From: Ascoidea asiatica JCM 7603 | Lineage: Eukaryota > Fungi > Ascomycota | DNA length: 64,000 nucleotides | Direction of reading: 5' to 3' | NCBI GenBank assembly: GCA_001600695.1 | Contig: BCKQ01000006.1 | Coordinates: 198,315 to 262,314 of the forward strand | Part shown: in pieces, positions 48,303-58,666 of the stretch | Layout of the letters: every line of letters starts with the position of its first letter | How positions within the stretch are numbered: the stretch's first letter is position 1 | The notes under the pieces: model-generated | Database searches by the model: none | What the model was told of the DNA's origin: nothing | What the model saw: the letters and a program-made list of their open reading frames with translations, nothing else | Translations under genes and position numbers: made by a program

Positions 48303-50420
48303 ATGAGTTATTCTCCAATAGTGAATGCTGATAATAATGATAAATCAGAACTAGATAAACCTAATGAATCTACATTACCTTCGAATAATAATCACAATAA
48401 TGAAAATATGAATAATGATATACAAAATAGTAGTTACCTAAATGATAATAATACTACCGATAATTCTCCGAACAATAATAACAATATCAACTATAACAAT
48501 AACAATAACACAAATACTACCTTACATTATAGAAATGCTAGTTATTATAGAGAAATTGAAAATACTTTAGGTAATTTATCCTCAAATTCAAATTCAAATT
48601 ATATCTCAAATTCAATTTCAAATTCTTCAATATTAAATTCAATTTCTAATTTTTATTCAAATTTTATAAATTCTTCAATTTTTAAGAAAATAGTAAACTT
48701 ACAATCAATTAGACAAATATCAAAAATTTTTAAAATTTTTAAAAAATATATAAAATTTATTGGTCCTGGAATTATGGTTTCAGTAGCTTATATGGATCCA
48801 GGTAATTATTCAACTGCTGTTGCTGCAGGTTCGAATTTCAAATATAAACTTTTATTTTCAATTTTTTTATCAAATTTAATGGCTATTTTTTTACAAATTT
48901 TATCTTGTAAATTAGGTATAGTTACTGGTTTAAATTTAGCTCAAAATTGTAAAAAAAATTTACCAAAATATCTAAATTTTTTTATATATATATTAACTGA
49001 AATTGCAATAATATCAACTGATTTAGCTGAAGTTGTTGGTACTGCAATTTCTTTAAATATTTTATTTAATTTACCTTTAATTTTTGGTGTTTTATTAACA
49101 ATCATTGATGTTTTAATTGTACTTTTAGCTTATAAACCAAATGGTCCATTATTTATAATTAGATTATTTGAATTTTTTGTAAGTTTTTTAGTAATTTCAA
49201 CTGTAATTTGTTTTACAATTGAATTATATGATGTTTCTTATAAAATTAAAAGTTTTAATGAAATTTTAAATGGGTTCTTACCTTCAAAAGCTGTCATCAG
49301 TGGTGATGGTTTATATTTATCTTTAGCAATTTTAGGTGCAACTGTCATGCCACATTCTTTATATTTAGGTTCTGGTTTAGTTCAATCAAGATTAAAAGAT
49401 TATGATATAAAAAATAATAATTATACACAACCAATTTCAAATTCTTTAGATAATTCAAATACTTTAGATTCTAATGATCTTGATGAAGATTATAAACCTT
49501 CTTTGGAAGCAATTAATGAGACTATATCTTATTCAATAACTGAATTAATAATATCCTTATTAACTGTTGCATTATTTGTAAATTCAGCAATATTAATTGT
49601 TGCTGGTGCAACTTTATCTAATGATGATGATAATAATGATTCAACAAATAAAAAATTAACAGAATCTGCAGATTTATTTTCGATTTATGATTTATTATGT
49701 GATAATTTATCAAAAACTGCAGGTTTTGTATTTGCTTTAGCTTTATTATTTTCTGGTCAATCTGCTGGAATTGTTTGTACTTTAGCAGGACAAATGGTCT
49801 CTGAAGGATTTTTAAATTGGACTTTTCCACCTGCTATAAGAAGATTAATAACAAGATCAATTGCAATTATACCTTGTTTTTTATTAGTTTTAGTAACTGG
49901 TAGATCCGGTTTATCTAATGCTTTAAATTTTTCTCAAGTTTTATTAAGTTTATTATTGCCTATTGTTTCTGCACCTTTAATTTATTTTACAAATAGTTCA
50001 AAAATTATGAAAGTTCCAATAACTGTTAAAGATAATAGATTGAATAATAATGAACTTGGAAATGATATAATAAATAATACTAACAATGCCAATAATAATA
50101 ATAATTCCACTCATATACAGCAGAATGAAAATAATTCAATAATTTTAGATGATTTAAATAATCTGTATGATTATAATAATCGAAGCTCAATTGATAATGA
50201 TGATATAGATGATTCACAAGATCCTGAAAATAGGCTATTGAATTCAACATCAAATGATATAATAGATTCAAATTTTGATGATGATGAAATAATTGGTTAT
50301 AAAGATATGAGTAATAGTTTAATTTCAAAAATTATTGCGATTACAATATGGATTTTTATAACAGCTTTAAATTGTTATTTATTATATTCTTTTATATTTG
50401 GTGAAGGGATGTCATTTTAA
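48303..50420 (+). CDS. SMF2: NRAMP divalent metal (Mn) transporter
   Basis: FIGPGIMVSVAYMDPGNYST, LGATVMPHSLYLGS, GQSAGIVCTLAGQMVSEG; assignment among SMF1/2/3 is less sure. Confidence 0.88.
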   Translation: MSYSPIVNADNNDKSELDKPNESTLPSNNNHNNENMNNDIQNSSYLNDNNTTDNSPNNNNNINYNNNNNTNTTLHYRNASYYREIENTLGNLSSNSNSNYISNSISNSSILNSISNFYSNFINSSIFKKIVNLQSIRQISKIFKIFKKYIKFIGPGIMVSVAYMDPGNYSTAVAAGSNFKYKLLFSIFLSNLMAIFLQILSCKLGIVTGLNLAQNCKKNLPKYLNFFIYILTEIAIISTDLAEVVGTAISLNILFNLPLIFGVLLTIIDVLIVLLAYKPNGPLFIIRLFEFFVSFLVISTVICFTIELYDVSYKIKSFNEILNGFLPSKAVISGDGLYLSLAILGATVMPHSLYLGSGLVQSRLKDYDIKNNNYTQPISNSLDNSNTLDSNDLDEDYKPSLEAINETISYSITELIISLLTVALFVNSAILIVAGATLSNDDDNNDSTNKKLTESADLFSIYDLLCDNLSKTAGFVFALALLFSGQSAGIVCTLAGQMVSEGFLNWTFPPAIRRLITRSIAIIPCFLLVLVTGRSGLSNALNFSQVLLSLLLPIVSAPLIYFTNSSKIMKVPITVKDNRLNNNELGNDIINNTNNANNNNNSTHIQQNENNSIILDDLNNLYDYNNRSSIDNDDIDDSQDPENRLLNSTSNDIIDSNFDDDEIIGYKDMSNSLISKIIAITIWIFITALNCYLLYSFIFGEGMSF

Positions 50421-50939
50421 TTGAAAAAAGAAAATAAAAAAAAATCGAAAATATATTCATTCAATCCTTTTAAACTAAAACTTTTTAAACTACAATAATT
50501 TTCCTTACATTTTTATTATTTTTTATTTATGTTTATTTTTATTCAATCATTCACATATTCGATCATTCAATTCTCTTATGAAAATAATTTCATTTAATTT
50601 TTATTTGCCTGCATTATTTTTTTCTTAACTTTAACTTATTCATTGAAAATATTTTTATTTGAAAGCAAGTTATAAATTTCCATTCAAATTTTTTAAAGAT
50701 TTTTTTTTGTATTTTCTAAATTTTTTTTGGTTTTTCATTTCACTTAGTTCATAAAAATATATTATATTATGTCATTATTATCATTATTTTATGATTAATA
50801 TTAATAAAAACTTGAATTAATTAGTGACCTTGAAAACCAAATATTTTTCGCATACCCTGTTTGTTTTCTGTTCTTTTTCAATTTTTGTTTTTAAATTAGT
50901 GTCAATAAATATAGATTTTCAAAAGAATTACTTTTAAAA

Positions 50940-52346
50940 TTATTTTGAATATTTTGATTTTTTATCATCAATCATTTTTTGTAATTTACCAAAGATTTTA
51001 TTTCTTTGAATTATCATTGGATCATCTTTATCTTCTTGTGAATAAGTCAAAACATTTGAATTGTTATTATTATAATCATTTTCAGTTTCATTATCACTGT
51101 TAGTAATACTATTATTTTCACTATCAAATACATAATCATCCAAATCAATATCATCATCAGAATAATCAATTGCTATCAATGGCTTTCCATCAATATTATT
51201 ATTTATTGGATTATAATTATTATATAAAGAATCGAATTCTGTATCCTTATTATTATTATCATTTTGTTGAATATCATCCAAATTATACCATTTGTTTTCA
51301 GTACTATTTTCATCATTATCAAATTGATTATCATTGCCATTACTTTTATCTTCATATTCTACATAGTCATCATCACCGATATCATTAGAGAATAGGATTG
51401 ATTTATCATCATCTTCATTTTCAGGATAATCATTTTTATAATAATCTTCATCATTTGAATCTTCATCATCATTTAAATAGTTTTTTTTAATAATTTCATC
51501 AGAATCATTTGAATCATTTTCTTCTTGAATTAATAAAGAATTCATTAATTCTTCATCTTCAAATCTTATATAACCAATTCTAGAAGTATCTAAATCATTG
51601 TTATTTAAATTATCAGATAATAATTGTTTATCATCAATATATTCATAAATATCATAAACATAACCAGATTCATTTGAATTATAATTTATATTATCTATAT
51701 TACTTGAATTTATTGAATCACTTGAATAAATTTTTTCAACATTTTTAAAATTGCTTAGATTTGATTCAGGTATTATTTTTTCACTTTCTTTTGGGTCAAT
51801 TATTGAGATTTTATTATCAGAAATCTTATTTTCTGAAATATTTTTATATTTATGTTTTGAAGGTAAATTTTTTTTTCTTTTAATAGTATTATCTCGTTGA
51901 TTATTTAGAGATAAGTATTCATTAACCATTTCGGATAACACATCAGGTATTTCATCATCACCATTTTTATTACTGTTACTACTTGTATCAAATTTATCAA
52001 TTGGAGGAGTTATAATTACATTTTTGTTCTTTAATTTTTTTGAAATTTTATTTTTATTAATAATTTTTGAATTATTTAATTTTGGTAAGATATATATTTT
52101 ATGATCATTATTGATTGAAATATCATTTAAATTATTATCATTATTGTCATTGTAGTTGTTTTTCTTGCTATTATTATCAATTATTTCATTATTTATATCT
52201 AATTCAGATTTTTTCAATTTGAATAAAAATTGAGAACTTTTTGATTTTTTTAAATATCTTGAATTATCTAATAATAAAGCTTGAAGAGGATCTTCATTTC
52301 TTTTTCTTTTGATTTTAACTATATTTGGAGGTACTAAACTTGACAT
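50940..52346 (-). CDS. IWR1: RNA polymerase II nuclear import factor Iwr1
   Basis: PPNIVKIKRKRNEDPLQALLL, YVYDIY, DEDSNDEDYYKNDYPE. Confidence 0.9.
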   Translation of the reverse strand: MSSLVPPNIVKIKRKRNEDPLQALLLDNSRYLKKSKSSQFLFKLKKSELDINNEIIDNNSKKNNYNDNNDNNLNDISINNDHKIYILPKLNNSKIINKNKISKKLKNKNVIITPPIDKFDTSSNSNKNGDDEIPDVLSEMVNEYLSLNNQRDNTIKRKKNLPSKHKYKNISENKISDNKISIIDPKESEKIIPESNLSNFKNVEKIYSSDSINSSNIDNINYNSNESGYVYDIYEYIDDKQLLSDNLNNNDLDTSRIGYIRFEDEELMNSLLIQEENDSNDSDEIIKKNYLNDDEDSNDEDYYKNDYPENEDDDKSILFSNDIGDDDYVEYEDKSNGNDNQFDNDENSTENKWYNLDDIQQNDNNNKDTEFDSLYNNYNPINNNIDGKPLIAIDYSDDDIDLDDYVFDSENNSITNSDNETENDYNNNNSNVLTYSQEDKDDPMIIQRNKIFGKLQKMIDDKKSKYSK

Positions 52347-52817
52347 TCTTATTGTTTTTGATAGTTTTTTAATGTTATTTTTTGTTTATTTTGTTGTTTA
52401 TTTGATTATTTGGTTATTTGGTTATTTATTTGATTTTATCCTTATTTCATATTTATTCATATTTATTTCATTATTTTTATTATTTCCTTAATAAAATGAA
52501 AAACAGTAAATAAAATACTCCACTTAAGGTAATCGAACTGGGGAGTAATTCAATTTTATCCAAAAACTAAAATTTGAGTAATCTAAAGGTCGGTCGGAAA
52601 TAAATAAGTCGGAAGTTGTAAATTGAGTATCATGTGATAATTCAATGACTTTATTCATTATTTACCGGTAGTATAAATACAGTTTATTATTATTAAAGGT
52701 TGGTAATATTAATAAGAAGGTATATCATTAATGAATAATTAAATTTATAAAAGAATAACATACTGTATAATATTATAATACAATTTAAGTAAATACTAGA
52801 TAATTAGAATAGATAAA

Positions 52818-53240
52818 ATGGGAAAAAGAAAGAGTAGTAGAAAACCAGCAGTTAGAATTAAAAGAAAATTAGAAACAACATTTGATTGTGTATTTTGTAA
52901 TAATGCAAATTGTATAATATGTACAATTGATAAAAAATTATTAATTGGAACATTAAATTGTAAAAAATGTGGGCAGAATTTTTCAACACCAATTACAGGA
53001 TTAAGTAAACCGGTTGATATTTATAGTGATTGGGTTGATGCATGTGAAGCACTTGCAAAAGAAGTTGAAGAAAATGATAATGATAATGAAAATGATGATA
53101 ATGATGATGAAGATCTTGATGAAATTTATGAAGGTGATGAAATAGATGAAGATAGAAATGGACGTGGAAATGGTAAATTAAGAAGGCGAATGAGAGATGA
53201 TGAAGATCCAATAGGTAGTGATGAAGAATCAGATATATAA
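52818..53240 (+). CDS. ELF1: Transcription elongation factor Elf1
   Basis: [17 protein letters not shown]...[19 protein letters not shown], acidic tail. Confidence 0.96.
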   Translation: MGKRKSSRKPAVRIKRKLETTFDCVFCNNANCIICTIDKKLLIGTLNCKKCGQNFSTPITGLSKPVDIYSDWVDACEALAKEVEENDNDNENDDNDDEDLDEIYEGDEIDEDRNGRGNGKLRRRMRDDEDPIGSDEESDI

Positions 53241-53474
53241 TGAATATGCAATCGTATTCTCTCATAATGTATATTCTCTCTTAATGAGTGTGTTATTACA
53301 ATTAGTTATTATAATCAAGTAATTATAGATTAAAAAAAGTCATTTATATTAGATTATATAATGATATTTACAAGATTAAATATATATATAAATATAACTA
53401 TATCTACATGTATATGTATATGTATATAATATAGAATATAATATAGTATATGATATAGTATATAAATAGATTAA

Positions 53475-54026
53475 TTATGCAGCTGGAGAAGGTTGAATTT
53501 GTTGATCAAATACTTGATCAGAAGTACCAGGAGCTAAGACTTCATTTGAATCAATTTGTAAATTTTTTTCTTTTTCTAAATCATCAATTTGTTGATCAGA
53601 TAAAATTTGTAAAGATAAAGGTAAAATTAATAATAAACTTGAAGTTGTTAAAATATATAATAATGAACCAATTTTGAAAAAATTTGTATTAAATAAATTA
53701 AAAGAAATTTTAAAAAAATTTTTAATTAAATAACGATTTTTTGGTCTTATTATATCTTTTAAAGCAATAATTCTTTCCATTATTGTTTCTTTATTAATAT
53801 CAAAATCATCATCATCATCGGAATCTGAATCAGTTTCATAATCATCATCTTCTTCTTCTTCTTCTTCATTATTGTTTTCATTGTCATTGTCTTCATCATT
53901 TGTATTATTATTGACTTCACCATTTGTTGATTTTTCAGTTTTTGAATCTGATTTGAAAAATTCATCTTGGTTTAAAGAATCATCAACAGGCTGATTATCT
54001 TCATCTAATTGTGTAAGTTTGACCAT
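53475..54026 (-). CDS. TOM22: Mitochondrial import receptor Tom22
   Basis: MVKLTQL, acidic cytosolic domain, ETIMERIIALKDII, TTSSLLLILPLSL transmembrane segment. Confidence 0.92.
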   Translation of the reverse strand: MVKLTQLDEDNQPVDDSLNQDEFFKSDSKTEKSTNGEVNNNTNDEDNDNENNNEEEEEEDDDYETDSDSDDDDDFDINKETIMERIIALKDIIRPKNRYLIKNFFKISFNLFNTNFFKIGSLLYILTTSSLLLILPLSLQILSDQQIDDLEKEKNLQIDSNEVLAPGTSDQVFDQQIQPSPAA

Positions 54027-54289
54027 TTTGATTTATATTGATGTCCTATATGAAATAATGTTATTAATTTGCTATTAAGTTATTATTATTATGGAATGTA
54101 TTGAAATAGTTATTGAATAGTTATTGAAATATAGATCTCCCTATAATTTATTTACCTCTATCATTCATTGCCAGTATTCCTATTAGTATTAGCCCTCTAT
54201 TACCATTTCCACTGTTATTTCTCACCATTATTATTACTTTCACTTTTCCTGCCTGTTGCAAATTCAAAAAATAAATTTTGAAAAATCAA

Positions 54290-54560
54290 GGTCACATGCT
54301 CTGGTGTCATGTGATTTACTACAATCACGGGACCGGGTTATTCACGTGCGCTTGGATAAAATCAATAAATTTCGGTGGCGTCGCCGTGTCGCCTGGGCCA
54401 GACCAAACCAAACGCGGCCAGCGACGCAGACGACGCCAATCGTCAACACAAATATCCGTGCTAACAGTGCTAACAGTGCTAAGAAAGCTAATGGTAATAG
54501 CAGTGCTAATACCAATACTAACAACAGAAGCAGCTCCATTTCACGCTCGCCGTCAAAACC
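54290..54560. promoter_or_regulatory. CpG-rich divergent promoter island of TOM22/CDH1
   Basis: Local GC far above flanks; TCATGTGA, TCACGTG (54342), ACGCG (54412), repeated CGTCG/CGACG. Confidence 0.55.
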
Positions 54561-55020
54561 TCCTTCAGACTTGGAAAAGCACCAGGGAAACTATCACTCT
54601 AATAATAATACAATAACAATAATAATAATAATTAATATATGTGATATAATAAAATATAGGTAGTAAATCAAGAAATAAATAAATATTAAATCAATCAACA
54701 ATAAATCAATAATAAATCAATAATAAATCAATAAATCAACAAACCATAAACCATTAATACTACTACTAATACTAATAAAAATACTAATATATCCCCAGTT
54801 CACTTTCATTCTCCATCTCAACCTCATTCACATTTACATGTATTATTAATCCATATCAATATATTCATAAATTCATTAATCGTATATATTCAATCATATA
54901 TACAGATATATATACAAATATATATATTTAAATATATAACATATAATATTAGCTAGATATAACAATCACAATCACAAACATAACTATAATATAATAATAA
55001 TTCTATAATCAATATATAAA

Positions 55021-57504
55021 ATGGAAATATCAAATTCAATACCTGAAAGAAGACTAAGGAATAGAAATTCATCTCCAATGAGTTCAATAAAACTAAATAA
55101 TAAATCTTCTATAAGGAATAACAGTAATAGCAATACTAATAACACTAAAAAACAATTTAAATCCTCCAAATCCCTAAATATTCATCATAGTCAATCAACT
55201 CTACAAAATTTAGATAATTATTCAGATTCAAACTTATCTTCAAATAGTATTAATAACAATAATAACTCTATTCCTGATAGTAAATCAACTAATAGTAACA
55301 GTATTAATAACACCAATATCAATTCAAGTAATAAAAGTAATAGCGCCAATTCAAATTCCATCAATAGCAACAACAACAACAATATTAAAATAAAAAATCC
55401 AAATAAAAGAAAATCAATAATTTATAATGATAGATTCATACCTGTAAGAAATGGTATAAATTTACAAGCTGCTTATTCTTTAAACAATAATGATGATACT
55501 TTATTAATATCTTCTTTATCAAATTCAAATTTAAATATAAATAATCTTTTATCTAATTCAAACAGCAATAATACAAATAACCCAAATAATACTAATAATA
55601 TAAACGCCAATATAAATAATAACAATAATAACAATAATAATGATATATTCAATACAAATTTAAATCAAAATCAAAATATAAATATTCCAATAAATAATAT
55701 AGTAAATAATGATAATAATTTCATCTATAATCCAAATAATAATCATAACAACAATGACAATAATAACAATAATAACAACAGTAGTAATTTAAATGATATT
55801 GAATTGAAAAGAGAAGAAGAAGCAAATTTAACCTTTTCAAATATTTTAAAAAATGAATTATTCGGTGACGATGTACCAAATGCAAATTTAAATTCATTCT
55901 CAAGACCTTCAACTTCAAATTCAAATTCAAATATAAATATAAATTCAATTACAAATCCATTATCAAACTCAATATCAAATTCAAATCTAAATTTCAACTC
56001 AAATATAGATAATTTAGATAATATAAATAATCTAAATAATAATATGGATAATAGAAATTTAATTCATTCAAATTCTATACATTCTTTAAATAATCTCAAT
56101 AATTCTCCAATAATACTACAAAGATCTCCAACTTCAATCCATCATCATCATCATCATCCAAGAAATCATTCAAGAAATAATAATGATATAAATAATGATA
56201 TAAATGATATAATTAATAATGATATAATAAATGATGATAATGATAATCGTACTCCAAATCATAACAATTCAAATAATTCTCCAAATTCTTCAATGCTATT
56301 CAATAATACAACCACAACTATTGATTTCTTAAATAGAACTCCAACAAGAAGATCAAATTCAAATTTATTCTCTTTTCAATCTTCTCCAACAAAATCTTTA
56401 AGATTAAACTCTTCAAATATTAATAATTTGAATATCTCAAATCAATATTATTCCTTATCACCAATGAGATCCGATTCTCAAAGATTATTATTATCTCCAA
56501 AAAAAAAACAAAGATTTATTTCAAAAATTCCATATAAAGTACTTGATGCTCCGGATTTAATTGATGATTTTTATTTAAATTTAATAGATTGGAGTTCAAA
56601 AGATATTTTAGCTGTTGGTTTAGGTTCTTCCGTTTATTTATGGAATTCAATCTCAAGCTCAGTAAATGAATTATGTAATTTAAGTAATAATAATGATAAT
56701 AACAGTAGTAATAATGTAACTTCAATAAGTTGGATTGGAGCTGGAACTCATTTAGCTGTTGGTTCAAATAATGGTTCTGTTGCAATTTGGGATGTAAAAA
56801 CTTGTAAATGTACAAGAACAATGACCGGTCATACTTCAAGAACTGCTTCTTTATCTTGGAATGAGCATATTTTGACTTCAGGTTCAAGAGATAGAACTAT
56901 TTTACATAGAGATGTTAGAGTTCCTGAACATTATATTAAAAAAATTAAAGAACATAAACAAGAAGTTTGTGGTTTAAAATGGAATATTGATGAAAATAAA
57001 TTAGCTTCTGGTGGTAATGATAATAAATTATTTATTTGGGATGGTTTAAATTCAAAACCAATTTATAAAATTTCTGATCATAAAGCTGCTGTAAAAGCAA
57101 TTTCTTGGTCTCCACATCAAAGGGGTATTTTAGCTTCTGGTGGTGGTACCGCAGATAGAAAAATTAAAATTTGGAATACTTTAAATGGTAATAAATTAAA
57201 TGATATAGATACTGGTTCTCAAGTTTGTAATTTAATTTGGTCCAAAAATTCAAATGAAATTGTTAGTACTCATGGTTATTCAAAGAATCAAATAATAATT
57301 TGGAAATATCCAAATATGCAACAAGTTGCTTCTTTAACTGGTCATACTTCAAGAGTTTTATATCTAGCAATGAGTCTTGATGGTCAAACTATTGTAACTG
57401 GTGCTGGCGATGAAACTTTAAGATTTTGGAATGTATTTGAAAAAAATAAAAAAAATGATACTCCTTCATCTTTATTACTGGATTCTTTTTTACAATTACG
57501 ATAA
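55021..57504 (+). CDS. CDH1: APC/C activator Cdh1 (WD40)
   Basis: C-box DRFIP, PYKVLDAP-L-DDFYLNLIDWS, HKQEVCGLKW, GAGDETLRFW, terminal LR tail. Confidence 0.96.
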   Translation: MEISNSIPERRLRNRNSSPMSSIKLNNKSSIRNNSNSNTNNTKKQFKSSKSLNIHHSQSTLQNLDNYSDSNLSSNSINNNNNSIPDSKSTNSNSINNTNINSSNKSNSANSNSINSNNNNNIKIKNPNKRKSIIYNDRFIPVRNGINLQAAYSLNNNDDTLLISSLSNSNLNINNLLSNSNSNNTNNPNNTNNINANINNNNNNNNNDIFNTNLNQNQNINIPINNIVNNDNNFIYNPNNNHNNNDNNNNNNNSSNLNDIELKREEEANLTFSNILKNELFGDDVPNANLNSFSRPSTSNSNSNININSITNPLSNSISNSNLNFNSNIDNLDNINNLNNNMDNRNLIHSNSIHSLNNLNNSPIILQRSPTSIHHHHHHPRNHSRNNNDINNDINDIINNDIINDDNDNRTPNHNNSNNSPNSSMLFNNTTTTIDFLNRTPTRRSNSNLFSFQSSPTKSLRLNSSNINNLNISNQYYSLSPMRSDSQRLLLSPKKKQRFISKIPYKVLDAPDLIDDFYLNLIDWSSKDILAVGLGSSVYLWNSISSSVNELCNLSNNNDNNSSNNVTSISWIGAGTHLAVGSNNGSVAIWDVKTCKCTRTMTGHTSRTASLSWNEHILTSGSRDRTILHRDVRVPEHYIKKIKEHKQEVCGLKWNIDENKLASGGNDNKLFIWDGLNSKPIYKISDHKAAVKAISWSPHQRGILASGGGTADRKIKIWNTLNGNKLNDIDTGSQVCNLIWSKNSNEIVSTHGYSKNQIIIWKYPNMQQVASLTGHTSRVLYLAMSLDGQTIVTGAGDETLRFWNVFEKNKKNDTPSSLLLDSFLQLR

Positions 57505-57916
57505 TTTTATCATCATTTGATTATTATTTCAATAATCTTTTTTTCTGTTTTATGTTATATGTATATCATTGCTATTAGGGTTTTCAGTGGGTTATTAATT
57601 TGGTCAAGATTAAATCAAATTAAATTACAAGTTATTTGGATGTTTTAGAAATATAAATTTTAGAGTCATATATTTCTTATTGTGGTTTATTTTATTATTA
57701 AACTTTTTTTTACTTCATTAATTTCTGCTTTTCTTAAATTGCTTTACTTTTTTATCAAATTTTATAGATTTCTTTCTATTGCTTTCGTTTTTTTTTCAAA
57801 TTCTTATTCTTTGTTTATTTTTATTTATTTATCTTTTCAATTGGGTTAGTTAAAGAAAATCAAGCTATCCCTAGTGTACATTATAGCTATTTAAAAACTT
57901 ATTAAACTGATCTAAG

Positions 57917-58188
57917 CTAATAGAAAACTTGTTAGTTAGTTATTGGTATTTTTTTAAAAAGAATTCATATTTAAAATATAAAAAAAAAATATTATAGTAA
58001 AGAATAATCTAGCTTAAACTTAATAAATAATCTAATAATTTAAATTAATTAAATTTATTCAATATATCAGAAATAGTTGACGTTTTTCAATCATTAGTTT
58101 CTGAAAGACTAATCGATTTTTAATCATCATCATTGAATAAATTAAAACTTATTTATTGAGAAATAATTATATTAAAAGAAATACATAC
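57917..58188 (-). other. Spliceosomal intron of a probably non-coding snoRNA host gene
   Basis: GTATGT donor 58188-58183, TAACTAAC branch 57938-57931, TAG acceptor ending 57917; contains the snoRNA. Confidence 0.7.
58052..58143 (-). ncRNA. Box C/D snoRNA guiding LSU rRNA 2'-O-methylation
   Basis: C box ATGATGA (58133-58127), D' CAGA (58103-58100), C' TGATTGA (58093-58087), D CTGA (58070-58067); 12-bp perfect flanking inverted repeat; guide TCGATTAGTCTTT complementary to conserved LSU AAAGACUAAUCGA. Confidence 0.88.
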
Positions 58189-58325
58189 TAATTCATATCA
58201 AAGTTCTCAATGATAATATCCATTTAATGAAAAATCCAAATGGCTTTCCAGATATATTCAAAAAATGAATAAAATATTGATTTGAATGATAATTTGGAAA
58301 TAAAAAGTGAGAAATAAATTATGTT

Positions 58326-58400
58326 TGAAAATTTTTCTTTTATAGTAATTTTAACGTGAGTTAAGTAAGTAAAATGGCGAGGAAATAAATAATAGGGCTA
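58326..58400 (-). promoter_or_regulatory. Putative snoRNA-host promoter (Tbf1-like site, TATA, RRPE)
   Basis: TAGCCCTA 58400-58393, TATAAAA 58344-58338, TGAAAATTTTT 58326-58336. Confidence 0.55.
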
Positions 58401-58666
58401 AAAACTGTCCTAAAAAAGAATATAATCTCAATGAATTGGTTCATTTCAATCGAAATAATCGAATCTAAATTCAAAATTTTCAGATAAGAAAGATAGTCAT
58501 TTAAATGAATAATCCTGAAATTATTTACAGATTGATAAGATAATCATGGCAGAGAAAAGAAAAGATGGTAGTTAAAGCCAATTCATTTATATTTATATTT
58601 ATATTCATATTAAAAGGTATATAATTTGTATAAAAGAAATAGATTAAACGATTTTATTAAAATAAT

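Noticed and set aside
54256-54663. Overlapping short ORFs in GC-rich intergenic islands (also 23487-24127, 45094-45327, 47667-48074)
   Set aside because: Mostly non-ATG starts, codon usage unlike real genes and no motifs; explained by promoter GC content or low complexity
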